Positions 1 through 14,165 of a stretch of DNA of 64,000 nucleotides are shown one piece after another (position 1 is the first letter of the stretch; each line of letters opens with the position of its first letter). This DNA is from the human T2T-CHM13v2.0 reference genome, Homo sapiens, in assembly GCF_009914755.1 (NCBI RefSeq), contig NC_060940.1. One strand, 5' to 3'. Under the pieces are notes generated by a model. That model was not told the origin of the DNA and did not search any database. It saw only the letters and a program-made list of their open reading frames with translations. Made by a program: the position numbers and the translations under genes.

Positions 1-53
1 ACATGTGGGAGTTCAAGATGAAATTTGGGTGGCAACACAGCCAAATCATATCA
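1..53 (-). mobile_element. End of a MaLR LTR (THE1/MST type), cut by the window edge
   Basis: ttcaagatgaaatttgggtggcaacacagccaaatcatatca is the reverse complement of the THE1/MST LTR start (TGATATGGTTTGGCTGTG). Confidence 0.85.
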
Positions 54-269
54 CAGAACTACCACAATACCTGTTACAAAATGGGCACTCAATAAATACT
101 GGATAGGTGGATTCATTGGTACCTGTCTTCTTAAAAGAAGAAAGGCAGGATAATCAATGAGAGGTTTTCTCACTCATGGTTATGACCTTGCATTTGGATG
201 GACAGTCATCTACAAATATGTTTTCACCTTCTCAGGGCAGGCTGAACAAAGCCTGTCTGAAGGTTGTCA

Positions 270-420
270 CATAACTATGTTCTCCAAAGTATGGGGAGTT
301 TATTAAAAACTCAGATGCCTAAACCATACTCCGAACCTACTGAATAAGGATCTCTTTCTGTGGGGCCCAGGGAATCTGCATTTTAACAGATTCCTAGGTA
401 CAATTCAGTTTGGGAATCCT
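270..420. mobile_element. MER5-type hAT-Charlie MITE
   Basis: cagatgcct...cctactgaat...ggggcccagggaatctgcattttaaca is the typical MER5A core. Confidence 0.7.
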
Positions 421-439
421 ACAAAGGCTTTAAAAGGGC

Positions 440-840
440 AAAGATTTCTTAAAGTGTGATCAGTGAGAATCCCTGAGACTTTTTCAGGGGCTTCATGAGG
501 TCAAGACTATTTTCATAAAAATACTGAGGTGTTTTGTGCGTTCATCCCTCTCATATCTCATGTATATATCATGGAGCTTCCAGAGGCTTCCTGGTGTACA
601 TCATTGAACCAGACTGAAAGTAGCAGATAAGAGAATCCAGCGGATTCCCTTAAGTCAAACGTGAAAGCCCTGCAATAGCCACTCTTTCTACTATATTTTC
701 TTTTGTTTAGGAAAATACAGTTTTTAATTTAAAAATATTTTTATGTTAAAAAGCTATGAGTTTATTTTTTTAGTAATTTGGTAATCTTTTTAGGTTTTGT
801 AGAAATATAAAGGATCCTGAAACCAAAAAATTTGACAAGT
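440..840. mobile_element. hAT-Charlie fossil (Charlie4a-like)
   Basis: ccctgagactttttcaggggcttcatgaggtcaagactattttcata...gagaatccagc...gatcctgaaaccaaaaaatttga resembles the recalled consensus. Confidence 0.6.
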
Positions 841-2915
841 TTGTTTGCTATTGGGCAACAAACTAAATAAATGTATTTAAAAAGTAGATTTCCTATCTTT
901 ATTCAGTGAAATGCTATATCAAGTAGTTGATCCCATGTCAACTTAATTTGTTAAAATTATGATTTCTATTGATAAAAGGTCTCATAGTTCCTATTCTCCA
1001 AGAAGGCCAAGGTGTTTTTGCAGTATTGCAGCATGAGCAGGAATCAGGCGCTAAGTATTGCTTTCCTTTAAAAAAAAATGCATTATATTTCCCAGATTTC
1101 TGGCAAATTTGCAGTTATTCAATTTTAAGTAGCGGGAACCAAATCCATCTGGATTTTTAAAAAGTACAACCCCAGGAATTTTGTGATCATAGATATGACT
1201 CCTTTATCTCTCATTCCCAAAGCTTAAACCAGATCCAGCTTAAAGTCATCTGATTTTCTTTTAGCTCTTCCCCATTCACCATGGGCTCCTTAAACCAAAG
1301 ATACCTTCTAAGCAAAAGGCACCTTCTAAGCTCCAAGACAACCCTCTGAAATGGGGAAAGGTAGCAGTATTGTGGTAAAGGTTTAATGAATTGCTTGGAG
1401 GACGTGCAAAGCCAAGCCCTGACTTGCCAGTTTCCATGGTGTGAAGAATCCCGTTATAGTTGGTTTTGAGTTGAAGCTATCAACCCGGCATCACTAAACA
1501 CGGTAATGGGAAGGGAAACATACAACAGGCTCTGGAGGAGACAGCAAGAAAAACTGTCTAAATCCGTTCTCTCTTTCAACCATCCAGAGTTTACTCTGGA
1601 TCCTGGCAATGCCGGTTGAGGTGGCATTATTCCAGGGTAGTCTTTCATATGTCAGCAGAGAAGAGAAGGATACAAGTGTGGCCAAATATGTTAGAGGCTG
1701 GAGCAAACTCCTTGAGAGCATCTGATTCGCATTCTGTGAAGAACCTGTATTCATAGCAAGAAATGAGGCTGAAAAGAGAAGCAGTGAATTTAGAACATGA
1801 CTACCTTGCCTGGAGAGGGGAAAGGGCAGGATGTTGAACCTTAGTCTCATAATCAGTCTTATCAGAATAACAATAGCCAGCATGCTAAGCCTGGATAGAA
1901 ATACAGAAAGCACACAGCACTCTGCCTGCCTTATACTGTAGTAGTGACATCTTTCCTTTTTATTTATTTATTTTTTATTGTAATGGGTGCTCTTTTGGGA
2001 AGAATGAATCAACTACTTTTGTGCAGGTTCGTCTCATTTTAACTTTTTTTTTTTTCATTTTGTGAATTTGAATTGAATATTTAGTCACAGGAAATAGTTT
2101 TAAGTTCTCTGGGAGGCCAAAGGTAAGAATTCCATGTCATAGATACAAACGAGTCTAATATCAGGGCTAGATTTATTCTGATTAAATCATTGTAAGTCAG
2201 CTGTTTTTATAGATCTGAAGTAGAAGAGAAAGTAAATATTTCATCCCCGAGGATTTGTTAGTAGAGATTTACATGCCTCCATTCCACTCTTGAGTTTGAA
2301 TTTAAAATAGTCACAATGCCGAGGGGCTCCTGGATGCACGCACAAAGTAATTGTTTTACAATTCTGTTAGACAAAACCCATAGCACAATAGCTGCAATGC
2401 AAGTGTCAGAGGTTAGGGGGAACATTAAAATCATTCAAACGCTGCACATATCTGCCGCATTCTGGAAACCGCTGCTAAAAATGGGTATTAAATCTCACCT
2501 TAAAGGTCAGGGGCAATTTACCCATCTTTATTAATGAGTCGAAATTATCCTGGAAGGAACCGGCTATTAAATATGTGGAGTTGAGACAATCGGCTATACA
2601 TCTGGGAAAAACATCATTAGCTTCCTCTCTCACAACATGTAGTGACACACATTTCTAGATGGATATGAGATCTAAAAGTGAGAAGCAAACCATAAAACAT
2701 ACCTAAAGATAATATAGGCGTAGCTCAGAGATATCAAAGGTTGATTTCAGACCACCACAATCAAAGGAATATCACAATGAAGTGAGTCACATGATTTTTT
2801 TTTTTGCTTTTCCAGTACATATAGAAGCTCCGTTTATACTATACTGCAATGTAGTAAGTATGCAATAGTTTCATGTCTGAAAAATGTACATACCTTAATT
2901 AAAAATACGTTATAA

Positions 2916-4990
<2,075 letters not shown>

Positions 4991-6119
4991 CTTAATTTAA
5001 ATATTGTGATATCTCAGGGAATAGGGAGTCCCAAGGAGAGGGAGAGAGATGGGGGAATGGCTGCTCATTGCAGCAGTCAGAGCATACACCACATTTATCA
5101 ATTACATTTGCCATCTTTTGTCTTCTGCGGACATGGCTCATGGTACCCCAAAACAGATACAATAGTAACATCAAAGATCACTGATCTCAGATCATCATAA
5201 GAGACATAATAATAATGAAAAATGTTAAAATATTGCCAGAATTACCAAAATATGATACCAAAACACAAAGTGAGAATATGTTGATAGACATGCTCAACGC
5301 AGGGTTGCCACAAACATTCGATTTGTAAAAAACACAATAGCTGAAAAGTAGAATAAAAGCAAAGCACAATAAAATGACAATGACTTATCTGTGAATAGGA
5401 GAAGCTAAAAATGTAACGTTGGACCAGAGAGGGCTAGTAAGCAAGGCTCCAACCCAAAAAATAGTAAATAAAAATATAAGTCACTAAAACCCCTGTCTAT
5501 TTGGGAGATCATAAGGTTATAAAACAAGTGACAACAGGACAGAAAAATTTTGCAACATACATGCCAGACAGTTACTGTCCTTAGTGTAAAAAGAGCTCCT
5601 GTAAATCAACAAGAAAGAGACAAATAGGAAATGGAAGAAAGTTGGCAAAGAAATAAGTTCTTCCAGTGCCTTGAGAGAATAAGTTTTCCTTTCCAGCAAA
5701 CCTGGACACCTTAGGGGCTTCTGAACACATTGCATTGCTTCCTCATTCAGGGCTGCTGATGGGTGGATTTTCATCAAAGCATATTTTCATCCTGTTATTC
5801 TATTGAGCAATTGACCTCTGTGGGTCTCCATGGTTGATAGGCTAACATGTAACCTCATCATGGTATTTGATATTTAATTAAATGAGATAATTTGTATAAT
5901 GCTCTAGTACAGTTTTAGGCCATGGTAAACTCCGAATTAATTCTGTTCTTCACTCCTTATTTATAGCATTGTTGAGAAAATTAGGTGAGATTCTGTATTT
6001 AGAAGAAGAAAAGTTCCCACTTAATGATGGGGCTGCTCAATAAATGTTGGTCCTCTTCTCTAGAAACCCTGACTCATTCAGCACAATCCCTTAGATCTTC
6101 ACAGATTTTTAAATCTTTA

Positions 6120-6593
<474 letters not shown>

Positions 6594-6594
6594 C

Positions 6595-6945
6595 TACCTG
6601 AAATGTCCTTTAGTGTTCTTACAGTGGTGCCTTTATCCCTGAGGTGCCTTTTCCCTTCCACCTTGCCATCATCGGCCTCTCTGTGTATTAAGGTCTTAGT
6701 TTGAGCTGGAAATAACCTTCTTTTTGGAACCCCTGCAGCATTTACATCCTTTGGTCTTAGAATAGCCTTTTTTGGTAATAATATCTACTTGTAATAATAT
6801 CTTTATATCCAGAGTTGTAAGCTCCTGGAGGCTGGGGATATAATTTTATTAATCATTACATTTTTGTAATGTGTGTTTCAGCATTTGACACATAGCAAGT
6901 TCTCAAAAACTGTTGAATAAATAAATGAATGTAAGTGAATGAGGA
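6595..6945 (+). mobile_element. L2 3' fragment
   Basis: ttgtaagctcctggaggctgggg...gacacatagcaagttctcaaaaactgttgaataaataaatgaatg, the L2 terminus. Confidence 0.7.
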
Positions 6946-7229
6946 TAGACATGTATCTTTACACAAGCCTAGAGCCAAACCATTCTCTGTGAGATCTGAA
7001 ACCAAGCCCCTGTAGTCTGTGTGTTATCAAACACAGTAGTTAGCTTCACAGACAGCCTTATTAACTAACTCATCCCGCAGTTTTCAAAGAGCATGTATTT
7101 CTTGTCATTCATGAAGTTGTTAGTTCTGGGGAAGTGTTGGACTTTGGTAAACACCCTCTCTTTCGGCTTCTCACTTGGATTTTCAATCCTGAGCAAAGAG
7201 ACCACTCAGGAGAAGAATCTGAGTAGTCA

Positions 7230-7430
7230 AAGCAGAGAGTTGGTACTAGATGGCGCTGGACTTACTAGCTGTTTGACTTTGAGCAAATTGCCTGTTAGAC
7301 CATAAAATCCTTATCTGAAAAATGAGATACGATACTACCACCTGTTTCACAGGTAAAAGTAAAATGAGACCACTCATTAAAATATATTTACTCTAGTGCC
7401 AGCTACTTAGTGAACTCTCAAAAAATGATG
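7230..7430 (+). mobile_element. MIR
   Basis: cttactagctgtttgactttgagcaaattg...ccttatctgaaaaatgagata, the MIR core. Confidence 0.65.
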
Positions 7431-7599
7431 GACTCCAGGAAATAAAAATTAGATTAAGATTAAAGAGTACAGGCTACTGTGAAAAGAATTGAGCATTTTT
7501 TAGTGGAAGGAGGGAGGAAACTAACATTTCCTAACTACCAGCCATGTCTGAGGCTGAGAACTTCTCTGGTCAACTCAGTGCAGAAAAAAATGGCAAAGT

Positions 7600-7770
7600 G
7601 TTTAAATATATTACATAACATAACATAGCGTAATATAATAATATAGTAAATATAAGTATAGTGAATATAATTACTTTGATTACATAAGTATGATTAGTAA
7701 TAAATGATAGATATAAAATAGTGTTAATATAATACAAAATACTATAGTATAATACAATATAATGTGTATG
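7600..7770. repeat. AT-rich low-complexity tract (TATAA/ATAGT-like units)
   Basis: Direct reading: about 170 bp almost entirely A/T. Confidence 0.8.
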
Positions 7771-8410
7771 TTTCTTTTTAAAACCTTTTCAGTATACGTT
7801 GAAGGAAACAAAGACCCAAGTTTAATAGGGAAATGATTTTTGTAATAAAGTGAACAAACTGGATAGGTTCTCTTGAGCTGGTTACAGCTGTTTTCTGACT
7901 GAATTTTAATTATAAAAGATCTAGCCAGCTTCTATACACACTCTCCCTGCACAAATGTTAACTCTGGTTCAGACACCTTTTCTGCACCCAGTTATTCTCA
8001 CTCATAATTTCTTTCTCCTTGGGTTTTTGTTTTATTTTGGAACGGCTTTTTAACCTTCAGAAGTACATTTTGTCTGGAGGACCAGAGCATCGATGTGATC
8101 CTACCTGTAGATTCTTGGCAAGAGAGAAAATGTTCTTATTAATGCAGAAAGTCCTACCCAGAAGGAAGAAAACGTCTCACCTAGAAAAAAGTCATTATGT
8201 AGTTTTTTCTGGGCTCATGGTTTCCTGAAGAGACCTGGTCCTAGTCAATTTCTCCTTGGTATTTTATTATTTTTGTCCATTTGAGGTGAAATCCGGAGGA
8301 ACTAATTATGAGGTTGTTTTAGGGGCACAGGTGGCATTTTCATGGATTGGCTGAGCTGACTGCCTGCAGTTGATTTGGGGATGGGGTCTACTTTAGGGTT
8401 TCACTGAGTA

Positions 8411-8723
8411 CAGGTGGTCACAGATATCCACAGGTTCCAACCAGTGATGGAAAATATTCAGGGAAAAAAAAACAGTAAAAATAACACCATAACCATAAAA
8501 AAAGCAATGTAATAACTATTTACATAGCATTTACATTGTATTAGCTATCATATATAAGTAATCTAGAGATGATTTCAAGTATACAGTGGATGTTGGAAGG
8601 GTGTTCATAGGTTGCATGCCGATACTTTGCCGCTTTATATAAGAGACTTGAGCATTCCAGGATTTTGGTGTTTGTGGGGGAGGGATGTTGAAACCAATAT
8701 CTGCGGGTACCAAGGGACAATTG
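8411..8723. mobile_element. MER2 (TcMar-Tigger MITE)
   Basis: aactatttacatagcatttacattgtattag...aagtaatctagagatgattt core; TA on both sides. Confidence 0.88.
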
Positions 8724-9425
8724 TAACTGGATTCTAGAGCACATTCTGAGTTTGTTGGCAGTTTTATTAATCATATTTGTATTAAAATGCATAACGAATT
8801 ATAGAGGAAAAAAAATAAACTCTACTCATTGTGGCCAGGCATCACAGAGAAGTGGGACAAGGGTGTGGACCAAAGAAACAGACCAAGGAGCGTGGGCGAA
8901 CTGGAGGGTTCCTGCCCATGTCCTGCCCACTTTCTGTCCCAGGTTTCAGAGGAGCAAAGAGCCGTTGCCCAAGAAATAATGGCTCAGCCATCTTTACCCT
9001 GTCTCAAATGCAAGTCTCTAAATTTGTTCCTCCTCCTTGTCTGGCAAGTCTGAGCAACGTTCCTGCTTCAGCTCTCTCCCCAGTGTTTGAGGCATGAACT
9101 GGATTCCAGGTGATGACTTACCCAAACACCTCAAGGAGTTTCGCCTCTAGGACCTGGGTGGACCTTCACTCTTCCCACATCAGCCCCAGGCAGACCTCTC
9201 TGCACGATGCCAGTTGCATCCATATTACAGCTGACATTTGCAGTTGACTTTACTTTGACAAATATTTTTCCATTTTTATGGTGAACCCAAAGAGTTCTAT
9301 CCTCAGGGCATCTGCTAGCCCCTGTGGTATGTTTGTGTAGAATTTAAAAGGCATGCTCCCTCTGGTCAGAGGCAGCTTTACAGATGTACAAATTTGGGTG
9401 ATAGAAGTTTCCGTTGTCAAATTTA

Positions 9426-9805
<380 letters not shown>

Positions 9806-10192
9806 CTCATATTCTTGTGAGTGGACTGAGGCTCATGCCATGTGGAAAGTGAAGCAAGGGCTGGATATTTGATTCCTCCTTGTCCCCCTGCCATGCCCGT
9901 GCTCCTATGTGTATTATAACCTGTACCCCATAGATGGTTCTTGAGATTACTCCTCCTTTCATCTGGAAGATAATGTTCATCTTTTTTAGGGCCACCTTCA
10001 TGAGCGCATGCTGAAGGTACCCATGTAAAAAGGCCATAAATGTTTGAAAAGCCTTCAGGTACTTTATAGGCCATGTTCATTCTGCAAATGTCAGTGGAAT
10101 GTTCAGGAAGTCCAACGTAGAGAAAGGCCCAGGATGGCTAGAATGAAATCAGAGATATCCAGTAGGACCTGATCACTGGCAGAACCCAGACT

Positions 10193-11183
10193 GGGGCCAG
10201 CTGATGAAGCCAGAGAGGCATTCGCTTCAGGGACCAAAACTTTCATTCAGTAAGAGCGGGGGTCCTCAACCACGGGCCACAGGCCAGTACTAGCCTATGA
10301 GCTGTTAGGAACCTGGCTGCCCAGCAGGAGGTAAGTAGCAGGCAAGCAAGCAAGCCAAGCTTCATCTGTATTTACAGCCACTCCCCATCGCTTGCACTAC
10401 TGCCTGAGCTCCACCTCCTGTCAGATCAGGGGCAGCATTAGATTCTCATACGAGCATGAACCTTATTGCAAACTGTGTGTGCAAGGGATCTAGGTTGCAT
10501 GCTCCTTATGAGAATCTAATGCCTGATGGTCTGTCACTGTCTCCCATCACCCCCGGATGGGTCCCTCTAGTTGCAGGAAACCAAGCTCAGGGCTCTCACT
10601 GATTCTACATTATGATGACTTATATAATTATTTCATGATGTATTATAATGTAATAATAATAGAAATAAAGTGCACCATAAATTTAATGTGCTTGAATCAT
10701 CCCCAAGTCATCCCCTCACCTCCTCCTGGTCCATGAAAAAATTGTCTTCCATGGAACCAGTCCCTGGCACCAAATAGGTTTGGGACCTCTGATCAAGAGT
10801 GATAGCATTGTAATGTAACATTTTTGAAACTCAAAATTAATGCATAGAAGTCCATGAGAAGTAAAATGTTAAAGACAGGATCAAAATCAATGCAGAAAAT
10901 CCATAATGAGCAAAATATCAACATGTTTTAAAAAGAGGGCATCAGTATTACTGATTTCTTTCGTTTGACTCAGGCTCCAGTACAGCTTATGTTGGCACTG
11001 TGATGTATCCTGTCTGTATTTAAAATTTTTAGGTAGTGTCCATCATGACCTTTTTGCAGTAATTGCGATTTTTAAAAATATTGCGTTAAAACAGTACATA
11101 TCTTGATTACTGAGTTTTTTGGTGCCTCCTTTGAGATGGTGCAGAAAGCAAGCTCCTCACTCATCTCCTCTAGCCCAGCCCCA
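10193..11183. mobile_element. Old palindromic DNA-transposon fossil (probably hAT; family not assigned), interrupted by MER1A
   Basis: The left arm (ggggccagctgatg...ttcagtaag|...ttaatgca...aaagacaggat) is an imperfect inverted copy of the right arm (atcctgtctgt...ttactgagttttttggtgcc...agcccagcccc). Confidence 0.55.
10257..10791. mobile_element. MER1A (hAT-Charlie), full length
   Basis: About 535 bp matching the MER1A consensus; termini cgggggtcctcaacc / ggtttgggacctctg; degenerate 8-bp TSD agtaagag / atcaagag. Confidence 0.9.
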
Positions 11184-12304
11184 ATAGCTAACTCACTCTT
11201 AGCGCCTGTCCTTGAGTGCTGTGTGAGCCATTGTGTTGCACCAGCTTGTTTTAAGTCCCAACAATCTTGTTCCATGGTGTCTTTTAATAATGGAAGAGCA
11301 AAGAGGTTAAATGACTAGCCCAAGGTCTACATGAGGTGGAGGAGGAGGGAATCAAATTAGGCATAAAGCCTATTGCTTGGATCATGTTTAGTAACAAGGA
11401 GACGGAAGGTGGAGGATATGAGAGGCTGATCAAGGTCGCAGGAGCAAGTGCAGGGCAGAGACAGGGTGGCAGCTCCCTGTGCCTTCTGGAAGCCATCCCC
11501 CAAGCTGAAGGAGCCACACAGAGCCAGCTGTCCAGGCAGGACCTCTCTGCGGTGACATTCACATGGCAGAGTTACCAAGAAGAAAGCTTGTGTCCCCAAG
11601 ACTTGTATTTGAAAGTTAATTGCTTAACCTTTTCCCAAAGAATCGTCAGCAAATATTGCACACACCCACAAAAATTATTTTGCCTTTCATAAAGCACAAG
11701 TGGACATGTCTTTATTTCTCTGCAAAACGAGCCGCTGCAGTGCAATCACTTGAAATGTAGGGTCTGAATGAAAATTAATGCTGTTGATGAAACCAGCAGT
11801 CTAAAACATTACAGGATATTAGACTGAAAAGACAGTGGTATTTGCATCCTTTTGAACATTCGCCTGGATTTGCATAATGGAGATGTCACTTGTATTGCAG
11901 GAGAAAAATCAAGTTACCTGGGCTCCCATTAACTGCCTGCTCGCTACAGTTCCCGTAAGGGGTTGGAACACCACCTTTTTGAAATAGAAAATGTGAAACT
12001 CCTACATTCACCAAGTGAGTCTTTAGTGAAACAGGAGTGAAAAGAATCATGGGCTATTGCTTGCTCCTGGCCTACAAGAACCAAAAAAGACACATTTCTG
12101 CTGGAGGCGAAGACCAGGAAGAATTCACTGTCTGCATATGAATGTGCGTGAACTTGGTTGTCAGGAAATGAACAGTACATAACCCAACCTGGGACCCTTT
12201 TGGCCTCTACAGCTTGAAATTGTAACACCAGCTTCACTACCCGGTTATATTAATCTCATGTATTTTTGGTATCTGGTGACAGCTTCTTTCTGAAAGGCTT
12301 CTGT

Positions 12305-12470
12305 TTAGGGCGGTGTCTGGTAACTGTGGGTGTACATCACAATCATCTTGGATGCTTTATAAAAATGCAGATGCCCAGGCTCCACTTTAGTGTGGAACCC
12401 AGATATTGATATTTTTTCAGCACTCTTAAGGTGATTCTAATGTGCAGCCTGCGTTGAGAAGCACTGCTCT
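12305..12470. mobile_element. MER5A
   Basis: aaaaatgcagatgcccaggctccac...ggtgattctaatgtgcagcc...ttgagaagcactgc. Confidence 0.8.
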
Positions 12471-12619
12471 AAAAGATCTCTGCTGCATTTTATCCTTCTC
12501 TTATTTGAGGCTGTTTTAATGGAGTAAACATACAGGATTCAGCATAATATAAATTTAATATTAATAATGCCAGGGACATCTAAGGGCACATTCACCCCAA
12601 CAGTAGAAACTCAGAATGG

Positions 12620-12790
12620 GGACAGTCTAGCTGGACCATTTATCAGCTGCTTGGGCTTGGGTACGTGGTTTAGCTTCTTGGTGTCTCAGTTTTCTCACTT
12701 TGAAATGGGGATAATAATTTCCTTTCTGATCATATGTAAGGATTTATGACAATGTCTATCATACAGTTAGCCTGTAAATGATACGTTCTA
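12620..12790 (+). mobile_element. MIR
   Basis: gtgtctcagttttctcactttgaaatggggataataat. Confidence 0.7.
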
Positions 12791-12809
12791 TTTTATGTAA
12801 CCATTAAAA

Positions 12810-13170
12810 CAATTTCTTTGTGGGCTGTACTTTCATCCAGCTGGATGGATTTTAACCAAGTGATCCCACCTCTATAGCCAGCACCCAGATTAAGAAGCAG
12901 AACAAGTCTCTTCCTCTTATAGCCCCTTCTAATCACCAGCTTCTCCCCAGAGGGAACCACTCTTCTGACACTTAACTGTACAGATTAGATTGGCCTGTTT
13001 GGGGACTTTCTACTGATGGACCCATGCTGTGTATACTCTTTTGTGTCACCTTCTTTCAGTCATCATGGTTAGTCAGATGCATGTTGTTGTTGCATATCGT
13101 TTGTTCATTCTCCTCCTTGCTGCTGTGCAATATACCATTACGGGAACTAACCACATTCAATTCTATTTTA
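12810..13170 (-). mobile_element. L1ME-type 3' fragment
   Basis: cacccagattaagaagcagaaca...aaccactcttctgac...gattggcctgttt...gtatactcttttgtgtc. Confidence 0.7.
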
Positions 13171-13235
13171 ACTGTTAGTATTTACAATGGCTCCCTAACT
13201 GGGATCTCTTTTCAAACAATTCACTCTTCAGTCCC

Positions 13236-13596
13236 TGATATGATTTGGTGCTGTATCCCCACCCACATCTCACCTTGAATTGTAATAATCCCCTCGTGTC
13301 ATGGGAGGCATCCAGTGGGAGGTAATTGAATCACGGGGGGCAGGTTTTTCCCATGCTGTTCTCATGGTAGTGAAGAAGTCTCACGAGATCTGATGGTTTT
13401 ATAAGGGGAGTTCTTCTGCACACGCCTTCCTGCCTGTGACCATGTAAGACGTGCCTTTGCCCCTCCTTTGCCTTCCACGGTGATTGTGAGGCCTCCCCAC
13501 TCATGTGGGACTATGAGTTCATTAAACTCCTTTTTCTTTATAAATTATGCAGTCTCAGGTATGTCTTTATTAGCAGTGTGAGAACAGAGTAATATA
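13236..13596 (+). mobile_element. THE1 (B/C-type) solo MaLR LTR
   Basis: tgatatgatttgg ... gagaacagagtaatata, 361 bp; 5-bp TSD gtccc/ttccc. Confidence 0.92.
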
Positions 13597-13609
13597 TTCC
13601 CTCTTATCG

Positions 13610-14165
13610 AATGACTTCTACACAGTGTGAATGAGATCAGATTCCTCTTCAGTGCGGAAGAAAACTAGACCTCTTGGTCCTGTGTTCAGGGCCTTTCTCA
13701 GGCTCCAAGGCCCTCGTTGTGACTGTCCACTGTCCATGCACGTGCACTTTTTTTCTTTCTGACCATGCATCTTCACTCAGGGCCGCCTTTCACCTTGCTT
13801 TTCCTGACTGTTCTCTCTGCCTACTGCCTAGAATGTTTTTTTCCCATCTCTACGCAGGGAACATCTATACATTTCTCAAGATCTGGAGTTCAGTTTGTCA
13901 CCCGTGAGGAGCCTCCTTCCACTTCGCCTTTGCTAATCCATCCTGTCTTTTGTGCACTCATGCAGCATGTCACGCAGACCTTTGTTAAAGGTCTTATCAA
14001 ATGGTATTTGACAGTACAGGTCTATTTCTCTATGAGACTACCCGTTGTTCAAAGCGGCAAGCTACCAACCTGATCTCATTCATCTTTGCATCCTTCATGC
14101 TGATTATAGTGATCGGCTGTTCTCAATTAATGAATGGAAGAATTAATGGATAAGTGGATAAATCA
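13610..14165 (+). mobile_element. L2 3' region
   Basis: cactcagggcc...ctgcctagaatg...ttcatctttgcatcc...ctcaattaatgaatgga. Confidence 0.65.

Noticed and set aside
1454-1913. ORFs of 64 and 139 aa, plus a 9-bp-arm hairpin at 1582-1601
   Set aside because: No recognisable domain or exon structure; a hairpin this size is within chance expectation.
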